A stretch of DNA of 63,340 bases, counting the filler, from Octopus bimaculoides (taxonomy: Eukaryota): the NCBI RefSeq assembly GCF_001194135.2. It is 6 parts of 6 records of this genome, joined end to end, with 100 filler letters (N's around TTAATTAATTAA, not from the genome) between each part and the next. Parts side by side here need not be neighbours in the genome. Positions count along the whole stretch, not along the records: positions 21,961 to 36,798 come from NC_068983.1; positions 36,899 to 43,230 come from NC_068984.1; 4 more parts are not named here. The stretch is one strand, 5' to 3'. A program made the position numbers and the translations under genes. Under the pieces are notes generated by a model, which was not told the origin of the DNA, made no database searches, and saw only the letters and a program-made list of their open reading frames with translations. Position 1 is the stretch's first letter; every line of letters starts with the position of its first letter. This document shows, in pieces, positions 26,835-38,119 of this stretch.

Positions 26835-27030
26835 AGACAATCCAAACATGAACAAGCAAGAAAAAACTCGAAAAAATAACAACGCGAGGACGTGGAATAA
26901 ATACATTGTTATTGGACACTCAGGAAAGGAAAGAAAAGAAAGAAGATTTAATGTTTCAATCGGAGATCTTCGTCAGAAATATAGGAAAAGTCAGAGAAAG
27001 AAAATCGCCAACGATGCACACGCAGTCACA
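26835..27030 (-). repeat. Dispersed repeat carrying a minimal hammerhead motif (Penelope pseudo-LTR-like)
   Basis: Homologous to 32444-32640 (shared TCTTCGTC.GAAATATAGGAAA and AAAATCGCCAACGAT). Confidence 0.65.
26946..26980 (-). ncRNA. Minimal hammerhead ribozyme-like motif
   Basis: Minus strand reads ATTT-CTGACGA-A-GATC tcc GATT-GAAA-CAT-T-AAAT: intact core, 4-bp stems I and II, stem III reduced and its palindrome broken. Confidence 0.55.
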
Positions 27031-27074
27031 TATACACACATATATACACACATGCACACATACACACATATATA

Positions 27075-27160
27075 CGCGCAGGCATAGCTGTGTGGTAAGA
27101 AGCTTGCCTCCCAACCACATGATTTCGAGTTCAGTCCCACTGCGTGGCGTCTTAGGCAAA
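27075..27160 (+). mobile_element. SINE family B head (3' part missing)
   Basis: GCAGGCATAGCTGTGTGGTAAGAAGCTTGCCTCCCAACCAC...GAGTTCAGTCCCACTGCGTGGC. Confidence 0.8.
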
Positions 27161-27589
27161 AGCACTCCCTTAACTCAACACCTTGAATCTGATTTCATTC
27201 ATCCGAAAATAGAGGTAATATTTCGATATAGAAACAATATCCTTAATACCTTGTACAATTCAACTCGATCCCTTAACGCTCTTATATGTGTAGAGAAAAC
27301 AGAACACATTACAAGCTAAATACTACAACACACACACTAGGCTCTATAGGAACAATATTACTAAAACATAGACAGCAGCTCTTTAACATACAATACCGTA
27401 AACACCGAAGCGAAGAAACATGACATCTTATAAGTAATATAAGACCGAATTGACCATCTCACTATATAGCTTCCTTACATCACACTTAAGGACCACAAAA
27501 ACAACTTTCTTTCCATCCCCGAATGCCAGCAAGTTAATCCCTCTAAAAGCAAATTAGTATTAGTCAGTAAGTGCATTCTATGTGCCATT

Positions 27590-28600
27590 AGATCTATGGA
27601 ACGGAAGCGTTGTTCTCATCAAGTGGTTTCTTGGCATTGAAAGTAAAGCAACTTGAAGATTTATCCAGTACGACACCGGCAATTGCTGTTTACCAATACA
27701 AGAAACCTTCCTTCCGAAAGCCATAGACTTCAGTAAACACTTCATTAAGTTTAACGAATTGGTCTTTAGGATTCTGATGAATATCAGGAACCTTGTTATA
27801 CAATAGCATTAACTACTGGGTCAAAAAGGAAGGCGATCCACTGCTCGATATCTTCATAGGTATCTAAGATGATGTGGAAATGGTTTATTTTGATGGCCTG
27901 TTCATCCGTGACACTCTAAGAAACTGAACTTCCGTACTGGTCTGATTTGTATAGAGATGGTGGCCTGACATGTCCTGGGTATGATTTTTAACTGCATCTA
28001 GTACGGGAGCCCTGGTTCAGAAGTTCCAAGGTTTTGAGGAGTGTGGAGAAGTGCGGAGGCATTATTGTTCCAAGATCTACTTTGATCCAGAATAGTCACA
28101 TCCGTCTGGTTATTTAGTTAGAGTGTCATGGAATTGCTTCCGGAAGAAGGTTCCTCATAGACACCCCAAAGGACTCAGAGCAGATGAGACTCTTCAGCTC
28201 TTTAGCTTCTCATGTAGGTAAAGTTAACTCCATGCAATTCCTACATCCTGACAACTATTGAGCTCGAGGTGCTTGTTCCTGACCAATACAAGTTTGAAAG
28301 GCGAGAAATTGAGACTGGCTCTGCACAGACCATGACCACTATAATAATGTAGTGTTCAGCAAACCAAGTTACTAGCACTAACATTATTACATTTTGGTGA
28401 TTGGGAAATACGTTACGTGACAGGTAGAGAGTGCTACTGGATGCCCTCAGTCTTGAGTCCGAATACACGCATCCATGAGTTGATGGGCGTTATTGATCTG
28501 TGTTATGCCGAACCCTCCTTTGTTAAACCGACGAGAGAGTTCACCAATGACCTGAAAATCTCACGCAGTATGAATTGATGTGCCATGGACAGATTTAAGG
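27590..28600 (-). pseudogene. Heavily decayed R4/Dong-like non-LTR retrotransposon (end of RT to RLE domain)
   Basis: My manual minus-strand translation gives ELSRRFNKGGFGITQI (post-RT GGxG motif, about 28490-28545) and LYW*TAIAGVVLDKSSSCFTFNAKKPLDENN (RLE-like, about 27610-27700); many stops and frameshifts. Confidence 0.5.
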
Positions 28601-28849
28601 CGGAACTTTATACGGTGTATTCAAGGAGTTTGACTTAAACGTAACTGTTAGTACCAAAGTAACGGTATCTGTCTAGATATTACATTAGATCTAAGGGCAG
28701 TAAACCACTACACCTAGAGGAAACTAAGCTAAGACACTATATCACTGTATCAACCTGATTATCGTATTTTGTTACATCCCGTTGGTTACAACATGTTTCC
28801 TTGCATTGTTGCAGTTTTCGAATGAAACCATCCAGTTTGCTTGGCGTGC

Positions 28850-29034
28850 AGGCCAACATTTGCCCTGAACAAAACGTCAGTGCGTTGCAGGGTTACCCAT
28901 TTACAGGTGAGTGAACGGGAGCAACTTGAAATGAAGTATTTTTCTCAAAAACACAACACTCTGCCGATCTGGGAATCAAAATGACGATTTTGCAATCATT
29001 TCGATTCCCAGACCATCAGGCCATACACTTTCAC
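28850..29034 (-). mobile_element. SINE family C, head rearranged by a local inversion
   Basis: Reverse complement GTGAAAGTGTATGGCC...GATTCCCAGA, body TTGCTCCCGTTCACTCACCTGTAAATGGGTAAC. Confidence 0.7.
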
Positions 29035-30159
29035 AAGAGACTGTATACTTTGCCAAAATGTCCTCCTCCAACGATATCTAACTCTCTAGATATTGTTTTA
29101 AATGTAAGACGGGTAACTACTATTTTTGGAGGAAACTAAACTAAAACACTCTACATTTGTTATGCAGAGGAATACTGATATCTGTTGAGAAATGTTGATA
29201 AACAAGATATTTGTTCTTTTTGTAAACAAACAAAGATATTGTTGCTACGAACGACAAAACATCGATAAAGTTTGGAGATAATTGTTCTTGGATTTGTGTG
29301 ATCGTAGCAGCAGTCAAAATCTGGTTAGCTGGTGTGTATCGTTCGCCGTCTGATCATTGCTTTAACTGCTGTCGGCTTGGGTCAGCTACTGCTCGCCGTC
29401 TTTTTGCTGTCTGTATGCTGTCTCGTCTATTCGTAGAATTTAAGGTGCGCTGAATATTTGGTGATGGTTAGTCTCAGAAAGAAACACGCCAAAAGATGAA
29501 ATTGTTGCTGGAGGCGGTTCCAGGCGAAGTCTTGATTGGTCAGATCTTTTCGATGACGAATGTAATATTCTAGCGAATCGCGAAATCGGATATAGCTATC
29601 TGATTTCTAAATATTCCCGCTACAAACTTTCTCTTCCGGATATGATTAGAAGCTTAGTTGCTGGTTAGAGAGTAAGGTGCTGCTAGTTTAGACAGAGGTT
29701 GCCCAATCACACCAATTCAAACGAGAGATAAGGAGTAGGAAATAAGTCGATCTAATTTTAGCCTACAGGCTTGGCATCTCTATGAAGATAACTATAAAGT
29801 GTAGCTGTCTTCATTCTTAGATAGAATGAGACATAAACAGTCATACAAAAAGACACCCAAACACACCCATATACTTGCAAATTCAGACACACGTGCGCTT
29901 TATATGCACACAAACATCTCTATGTATGTATATAAGCATGTATGTATGTAATGTGTGTACATATGAATGTATGTATGTAGCTCTCTGTCTTTGTCTATCT
30001 ATCTTTCTGTCTGTCTGTCTGTCTCTCTCTCTCTATCTTATCTATTTGTCCGCCCATCCGTCTATCTGTTCGTCTGTCCGTCTGTCCGTTCATCCACCTA
30101 TATATAAGTCTCACACACGCCAGCTTAATTTAATTCGTCCTTAGTCGAAAGACACCTGT

Positions 30160-30485
30160 TGTTATGTCCTGTTATTTGAATTTGTGTAACATTCTCCGTT
30201 TTTTTTCCGTCCTTGTTTTCGTATATATTCGCTGCTTTCTTCCAAGGAATCTAATGCTCTTAGCTTAGTTTTTCCTTGGGGCTGGCCAGATTGGAGCAAT
30301 ATCGAGTATAACCAGCCGAAATTGCAAAGATAATCTGGAACTCGACTGAGGAAAGAAAACTCCGAATGATCCGCCCGTCCTTGTTTTCTTTGGATCGTCT
30401 GTCTGGATGTTTTGTTGTCCCTTTTTTGTACCACCTAACTGTCTGGATGTTTTGCGTTCTTGTCCCATTTGTATTTTTTATATTC
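30160..30485. repeat. Unclassified interspersed repeat with internal direct repeats
   Basis: CGTCCTTGTTTTC twice and CTGTCTGGATGTTTTG twice; ends at a (TCTA)n array. Confidence 0.45.
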
Positions 30486-30494
30486 ATATAAAAG

Positions 30495-30559
<65 letters not shown>

Positions 30560-30775
30560 GCAAGTAGCCTGTAGGCGTGTGTGCGCGCGCATACACACTG
30601 TAAACAAATGGACAGATACATAAGGGTAAGCTGACAAACAAATAAACAAACAACTATAGGCTGATAGATAGATTGAGAGGCAGATATATTTTTCAGACAG
30701 AATAGATTGAAGACAGATATACATACATACATACATACATACATACATACATACATACATACATACATGCATACA

Positions 30776-31213
30776 TTGAAAACCCATAATGAGGTAGAGG
30801 CCATTACCACTCACAATATGAAAGAGTATTGGTGGAATATCCCAATAAAAACCTCAATAAAGTGCAGACATAATAGACCGGATATAGTAATCTGGGACAG
30901 AGAGGAGAAACTCTGTACAGTAGTAGAAATCAGCTGTCCTGCGGATATCAACATCCCACTAAAGATTAGAGAAAAAGGGAACAACTACGCCAAGCTGCTG
31001 AGAAATTTGCAGATACTCCACCCAGACTACAAGTTCAGATTCATACCCGTGATTGTTGGGGCATTGAGATATGTAACAAACTGCCTCAACAAAAACCTGG
31101 AAAAATTAGGGTTCTCAAAACCTGAAAGAAAAAGGCTGATTAGAAGACTACAGATTCAAGCCATCAATGGAACTGTAAAGAAATGTAAAACTTTCCAAAA
31201 ATTTAGCACATAA
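30776..31213 (+). mobile_element. 5'-truncated R4/Dong-like non-LTR retrotransposon, C-terminal RLE domain with open frame
   Basis: ORF KEYWWNIPIKT...HNRPDIVIWD...VVEISCPADINI...K...Y...IPVIVGAL is the PD-(D/E)xK RLE signature of R2/R4/NeSL-group elements; putative 3' UTR runs to the gap at 31318. Confidence 0.85.
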
Positions 31214-31556
31214 ATACATATGCATGCATCTAGACATAAAAACGCATCCATAAAACAAACATACAAATCTGCGCATACACACATATGCACAAATACCTAG
31301 ATGATGTTGATAAAAGTNNNNNNNNNNNNNNNNNNNNNNNNNNNNNNNNNNNNNNNNNNNNNNNNNNNNNNNNNNNNNNNNNNNNNNNNNNNNNNNNNNN
31401 NNNNNNNNNNNNNNNNNNNNNNNNNNNNNNNNNNNNNNNNNNNNNNNNNNNNNNNNNNNNNNNNNNNNNNNNNNNNNNNNNNNNNNNNNNNNNNNNNNNN
31501 NNNNNNNNNNNNNNNNNNNNNNNNNNNNNNNNNNNNNNNNNNNNNNNNNNNNNNNN

Positions 31557-31613
<57 letters not shown>

Positions 31614-31820
31614 ATGAAAGGTTTTGGTTTCCAGAAAATCCAAAAGGCAAGTAAGGCTATGTAAGTGCTAACGAAGGACGGCAGTTAGACTCCCGGTTCG
31701 ATAATAACATGAGTGAGGAGTCTAGTGCGGGTCGTGTGTGAGTGTGTATAGGTTAAATAAAATGAGACAACAAAGCCAAGGCAATGTGAATTTCTAGGAC
31801 ATTCTAGAAAGAGAAGGGTA

Positions 31821-31868
31821 GTCTTACAGCTGTTTCAGGGATATAAAAGATATCCCATCATCAGAGAC
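31821..31868 (-). ncRNA. Complete minimal type I hammerhead ribozyme (Penelope-associated architecture)
   Basis: Minus strand: GTCT-CTGATGA-T-GGGATAT ctttt ATATCCC-T-GAAAC agct GT-A-AGAC; stem I 4 bp, stem II 7 bp, stem III 2 bp with palindromic AGCT loop, GUA cleavage triplet. Confidence 0.8.
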
Positions 31869-32443
31869 GATATGAGAGAGTTCAATATAAGAATTTATTT
31901 TAGAAAGGTAGAGATATAGGAAATATAAGAATAAAAATAGAAAAATATGTATTCGACAGGTTTCTTTCAGNNNNNNNNNNNNNNNNNNNNNNNNNNNNNN
32001 NNNNNNNNNNNNNNNNNNNNNNNNNNNNNNNNNNNNNNNNNNNNNNNNNNNNNNNNNNNNNNNNNNNNNNNNNNNNNNNNNNNNNNNNNNNNNNNNNNNN
32101 NNNNNNNNNNNNNNNNNNNNNNNNNNNNNNNNNNNNNNNNNNNNNNNNNNNNNNNNNNNNNNNNNNNNNNNNNNNNNNNNNNNNNNNNNNNNNNNNNNNN
32201 NNNNNNNNNNNNNNNNNNNNNNNNNNNNNNNNNNNNNNNNNNNNNNNNNNNNNNNNNNNNNNNNNNNNNNNNNNNNNNNNNNNNNNNNNNNNNNNNNNNN
32301 NNNNNNNNNNNNNNNNNNNNNNNNNNNNNNNNNNNNNNNNNNNNNNNNNNNNNNNNNNNNNNNNNNNNNNNNNNNNNNNNNNNNNNNNNNNNNNNNNNNN
32401 NNNNNNNNNNNNNNNNNNNNNNNNNNNNNNNNNNNNNNNNNNN

Positions 32444-32640
32444 AAAAGAAAGAAAGAGAATTTGACGTTTCGAGCGGAGCTCTTCGTCGGAAATATAGGA
32501 AAGTCCAAAGAAGGGAAGACGGAGGAAGAAAAAATCGCCAACGATATACACGAGGTTACATTGTGGAATGACCGGAAGGGAATGAGTGAAGAAAAAGTTC
32601 TTTCTAAGACAGGAGAGTGCAAGAGAGGGAGGTATGTATA
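32444..32640 (-). repeat. Second copy of the hammerhead-carrying dispersed repeat
   Basis: Homologous to 26835-27030, same orientation. Confidence 0.65.
32460..32494 (-). ncRNA. Minimal hammerhead ribozyme-like motif (core U4 changed to C)
   Basis: Minus strand: ATTT-CCGACGA-A-GAGC tcc GCTC-GAAA-CGT-C-AAAT; ACGT palindrome in place of stem III, GUC triplet. Confidence 0.55.
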
Positions 32641-32658
32641 TGTGTGCGCGCGCGGGTC

Positions 32659-32694
<36 letters not shown>

Positions 32695-33057
32695 ATAACA
32701 GCACGTGTATGTTCGTATGTGTGTGTGTGTGTGGTTTGGCTGTTTATCTGTTAGTGTGTGTGTGTGTGTGTGTGTGATTGTCGTTATATATTTATATATA
32801 TGCGTGCATGTGTGTTTATGTGCACGAATGAGTGTATATATATATATATCTATATATATATATCTATATATATATATATATATATATATATAAGAATATA
32901 AGAAATCCTGTATCCAAGAACCCCACTTTGTGATTAACAGCTAGTCAGTCATACAACGAGACACATAGAGACAGGTAGTTAAAAATATACAAGCAGAGAG
33001 ATAGACGCACTGCCAGTCTTAGAAAGGCAAACAGGTAGACATGTAAGGGGAGCTTGA

Positions 33058-33224
33058 CAGGCCCGTTGCCAAATTTTGGTGCCTGGGATGTTTTGGATGG
33101 GCACTAATTTGTAATAATACTAAAGTAGAGTTTCGAAATAAGTGTATGGCTATAAATCTGAGGGTGCACCATTTAATAGTGAGGGGGCAGTTCCACTCAG
33201 TGCACCCCCTTAGCAATGGGCATG
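33058..33224. mobile_element. MITE-like non-autonomous DNA element
   Basis: Imperfect terminal inverted repeats CAGGCCCGTTGCCA and TAGCAATGGGCATG (11/14 matches); no clear target-site duplication. Confidence 0.55.
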
Positions 33225-33278
33225 GAGCTAGATATATAGCACTACAGAGAGTAGGTATAACCGTATATATAGTACAGC

Positions 33279-33410
33279 AAGGTGCAGGTATGGGTATGTG
33301 GTTAAGAAACTCGCTTTGCAACCACGTGTTTTGGGTTCAGTCCCACTGTACGGTACCTTGAGTAAGTGTCTCCTATTATTGCCCAGTGTCAACCAACACC
33401 TTGATTGACT
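33279..33410 (+). mobile_element. Decayed SINE family B, followed by a minus-strand family A fragment to about 33475
   Basis: AAGGTGCAGGTATGGGTATGTGGTTAAGAAACTCGC...GGGTTCAGTCCCACTG. Confidence 0.7.
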
Positions 33411-33786
33411 TATGAGACTCGAAAGGATGAAAGGAGAAGTGGATTTAAACAAATTTGAACTCAGAGCGTACGGATCGTTAGATAGATAAATAGGTATATT
33501 GAACGACAGTTAAATAGATTGATACACAAAGATAGAGAAGTAGATGTACACATATTGATAGACAGATTGAGAGATAGATAAATATATAGATTAACAGATA
33601 ACTCGATAAACTGACACACAAATAGATAAGTTGATAGAAAAATCACCAATCAATAGATGATTGATAAAATATAAGATTTATAGACATCCAAATGGATAAA
33701 CATACAGACAGAAAGACTGACAGACAAGTAGATAGATAGGCTGATAGACAGAAAGATAGATTGACAGATAGGTTAGAAGAAAAATA

Positions 33787-33826
<40 letters not shown>

Positions 33827-33866
33827 CACATAGACTAATATATAGATAGGATAAAAAGGCAGACAA

Positions 33867-33939
<73 letters not shown>

Positions 33940-35156
33940 CTTACCTACCTACCTGTTTGTCTATCTCTGAGTTTTTTTTTTTTTTTTTTTTTTTTTTCCT
34001 TCCTTCCCCCTCCCAAAAAGAAAAGCTCTACATTGTATTTGTCCCATCTTCGTTGAGCCCTGTGTGGCTAATAAAAGAAATGTATCTCTGAGTTCAACGG
34101 ATACAAATAGATGTGGATTGACAAATAAACAAAGTGATATTATGAATAGATAAATTGACAGGTAAAAAAATAGGCAGACAGACAGATGATAGGTAGACAT
34201 AAATAGGTAGACAAGTAGATAGAAAGAAACACTTTACTTCAAAAACAAAATAATTGATTTTTAACTTAGGCACAAAGTTACCCATTGCGCGGGGGTGGTG
34301 AGAGAGAGAATGTTCGAATCCACTCTCTCTCTCTTTTGATACATATATATCTGTGTGGGTGTGTGTGTGTGTGTCCGTGTGCGTGTATATATATANNNNN
34401 NNNNNNNNNNNNNNNNNNNNNNNNNNNNNNNNNNNNNNNNNNNNNNNNNNNNNNNNNNNNNNNNNNNNNNNNNNNNNNNNNNNNNNNNNNNNNNNNNNNN
34501 NNNNNNNNNNNNNNNNNNNNNNNNNNNNNNNNNNNNNNNNNNNNNNNNNNNNNNNNNNNNNNNNNNNNNNNNNNNNNNNNNNNNNNNNNNNNNNNNNNNN
34601 NNNNNNNNNNNNNNNNNNNNNNNNNNNNNNNNNNNNNNNNNNNNNNNNNNNNNNNNNNNNNNNNNNNNNNNNNNNNNNNNNNNNNNNNNNNNNNNNNNNN
34701 NNNNNNNNNNNNNNNNNNNNNNNNNNNNNNNNNNNNNNNNNNNNNNNNNNNNNNNNNNNNNNNNNNNNNNNNNNNNNNNNNNNNNNNNNNNNNNNNNNNN
34801 NNNNNNNNNNNNNNNNATATATATATATATACATACATATATACACGCACACGTATATAAATTGAGGAAACATGGGGAAAAAAACAAATAAATACTTACT
34901 AGATGTGTCTTCTTTTTCCTTAGGTACATCTTCAATTGTGAGTTTGTGCTTCATCTTAAAGTAGAGATGTCAACGAACAGGGTTCGTGTAGATCTGATGC
35001 ATGTATGGAAAAAACAAAAAACAAAAACAGAGTCTAATATAAAATGACTGTATGACAATCCTACTTTCTGGAATGACTGAAAAATTAATAGGAAGTTTAC
35101 ATAACAAGTAAAAGTAGTATTGATAAATAGTAGTATGGGCAGTAGCAGCAGCAGCG

Positions 35157-35223
<67 letters not shown>

Positions 35224-35285
35224 CACTACTACTACTCTACTACTCTACTACTACTACTACTACTACTACTGCTACTACCACTACT

Positions 35286-35338
<53 letters not shown>

Positions 35339-35396
35339 GCTGCTACTACTACTACTACTGCTGCTGCTACTACTACTACTACTACTACTACTACTG

Positions 35397-35431
<35 letters not shown>

Positions 35432-35586
35432 GCTACTATTATTATTATTATTATTATTATTATTTGTAGTATTATTTGTAGTAGTGCTGATTCTGGTCGC
35501 AGTAGTAGTAGTATAATTTGTGGGGGTAGTAGTGGTAGTAGTGATGATTCTGGTGGTAGTAGTAGCAGCAGCAGTAGTAGTAATAT

Positions 35587-35621
<35 letters not shown>

Positions 35622-35625
35622 ATAT

Positions 35626-35664
<39 letters not shown>

Positions 35665-35674
35665 CAGTAGTAGC

Positions 35675-35711
<37 letters not shown>

Positions 35712-35765
35712 ATGATCCTGGTTGTAGTAGTAATAGTAGTAGCTGTCGAAGAAGTTGTCGTAGTG
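35157..35765. repeat. (CTA)n - (ATT)n - (TAG)n compound microsatellite with inverted arms
   Basis: Direct reading. Confidence 0.95.
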
Positions 35766-36197
35766 GTGGTCGTATACGAGTTGGAAAGTTGAAAACAAAA
35801 AAGAAACGTGTGAATACGATTCGCACAGAGCACGACTCAGATCACTTACATCGTAACTATAAACGGTCATACACACAAATAAATACATGTTACATGCGCA
35901 CGCCCACCCACAGCCATACACAATCATATCAACCACACATAAGTATATACGTAAACACATGCACACACACACAGAGACACGCGTGCGCACTCGCACATAA
36001 TGGCGCAGTTTCAACGTCCACAGCGCTACCTACACACGGCATACTGTAGGTCTAAGTACGTGTGTATATACATATATACAAATACACACAAACAAACACG
36101 CACATAACACACGTATATATGTATATTTATACACATATATATGCACATATAACTAAACATATATAGACACACACACACGTATATATAAATATATATA

Positions 36198-36539
36198 TAA
36201 GGGGGTGCTGAAAAGTTCTTAGGTAATGGTAAAAGAAATTACAGGAGGATCAGTGGATCAGTTAATTACGATTTTTATTCAACATGTTCCCCTCTTCACT
36301 AACGAAGCTAGGGTATGTGCCGCCCCCGGACCCCACAAAAAACACGTATTGTCTACAGCAATAGTCTATAACAGGATGAAAAGTGCCGCCTTTTAAAAGA
36401 GCCGCCCTTTCAGATTCACACACTAACTGCGGTGGTCCTTCAGGTTTTCTAAGCCCTGTAAAAGAACTTGGAAGGTTGGGCCACAAACCAGGCCTTTCGC
36501 GACACCTTTAAAGCCAGGAACTTTTCAGCACCACTCGTA
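36198..36539. mobile_element. Tc1/mariner-type MITE
   Basis: Inverted termini GGGGGTGCTGAAAAGTTC and GAACTTTTCAGCACCACTCG, TA at the ends, no ORF. Confidence 0.8.
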
Positions 36540-36842
36540 TTCTTCGAAACGCTTAGTTTAGAATAGGGGCAGCTGATGAAGGAAATATTCTCTATGTGGC
36601 CTGTTTGTTTTCTGTGCTCTGTTTATGTTCTGTTTTTCATTTTGTCCACGTTTTTTTGGTGACGTCCTGTACCCAGATATGCATCTATATATACATGTGG
36701 ATGTAGGTATGTACATACATGTATGTATATATGCATATACTCACATATTATTTATATTATTATTATTATTATTATATATAAATATATATATATATATANN
36801 NNNNNNNNNNNNNNNNNNNNNNNNNNNNNNNNNNNNNNNNNN

Positions 36843-36854
36843 TTAATTAATTAA
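36843..36854. other. Artificial scaffold-join spacer
   Basis: TTAATTAATTAA flanked by 44 N each side. Confidence 0.95.
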
Positions 36855-36899
36855 NNNNNNNNNNNNNNNNNNNNNNNNNNNNNNNNNNNNNNNNNNNNT

Positions 36900-36930
<31 letters not shown>

Positions 36931-38119
36931 GTTCAGAATTCAGACTCCAACTCCCGGTTTTTGATTTCACCAAAATTGGCCTCACATAGAACCTGGCCTC
37001 ACAAATTTGGTGTTTCAAAAATATGCCTTCCAACAGTGGATTTCAAACAGTAGATGTCGAACCTTGGAATGTCATAAAATCTGTCTTCTATCAATTCGGT
37101 GTTCAACCTTGGGTTTTGAACCTTGGATCTAAACATAGTTAAATCTAATGTCAAAGCAACCATTTAAACTAAAATTTCATAACACAAAACGGCTGCTAGA
37201 CTACATCAATAAGTATTGTTAAAAAATGAAATAGTCAAACAAAAAGCTAGTTTGCTTTAAATTCACACAAAACTGCCTCATACAAGCATGCCGAGTAACC
37301 ATTAGACAAAATTTACAGTTAGTTGTCTAATACAAAAATTGGCTACATGAAAAATTTTGATTCATACACCCTTTAGCTATTTATACAAATTTTAACATTT
37401 ATCTTAGCAGTAAATAGCTAGCAAAATTACCACACAACCTTCCACAAATGCAGGGTTCAACATTCACATAAATATAACATAACATAACTTGAGAGATTTT
37501 TTGTACTCACCCAGATGTGACACAGAAATTATTTTAAATCTGACCAAAGTTCTGGTGAATTCCTGGAGCATAAAATAATCCATAAAAGCCTAACAGAAAG
37601 CACAAAGTGTGTAAACTAAACAGGCAATCATAGCTTCCAGAATCCAATTGAACAACTTTGTCTCACAGAAAAAACTGTCACAAAAACTAGGGGGTAAAAT
37701 TATCTCTGCTTATAAAGGTTTGCCAGGATCTAGCCAATTTGTTATAGTTTCATAGTTTTGGCTAATAACATCTAGCTTCCCCCATTTTGACAATAAACTT
37801 TATCCTTACCTTACAGTACAGCATGAAAAACTATTTACCTTTACATTTTAATTTATAATTTCCATGGGTGAAATCTACATTTGAAGTGTGATATTTTGTT
37901 GTTGGAGGTCTCCCCTTGTGGGTGTACCATATTTTTTTTCCTGTTTTGAAATTGCTGTTTTCACTCAAGAGTGTTGTAGAATTGATTTTTCTTCTCATTT
38001 ATGGGAGAACCAATGGGAAGAAGTACTATGCGAACTGAACCAGCCAAAAGCCACTGTTATGCGGCTGCAACTGAAAAAGGTATCAAAGTTCAAGATTTGG
38101 AGGTGTGAGAAATAAAATT

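Noticed and set aside
30346-30370. CTGAGGA...CGAAT hammerhead-like core
   Set aside because: GAAA is broken and stems I and II do not pair
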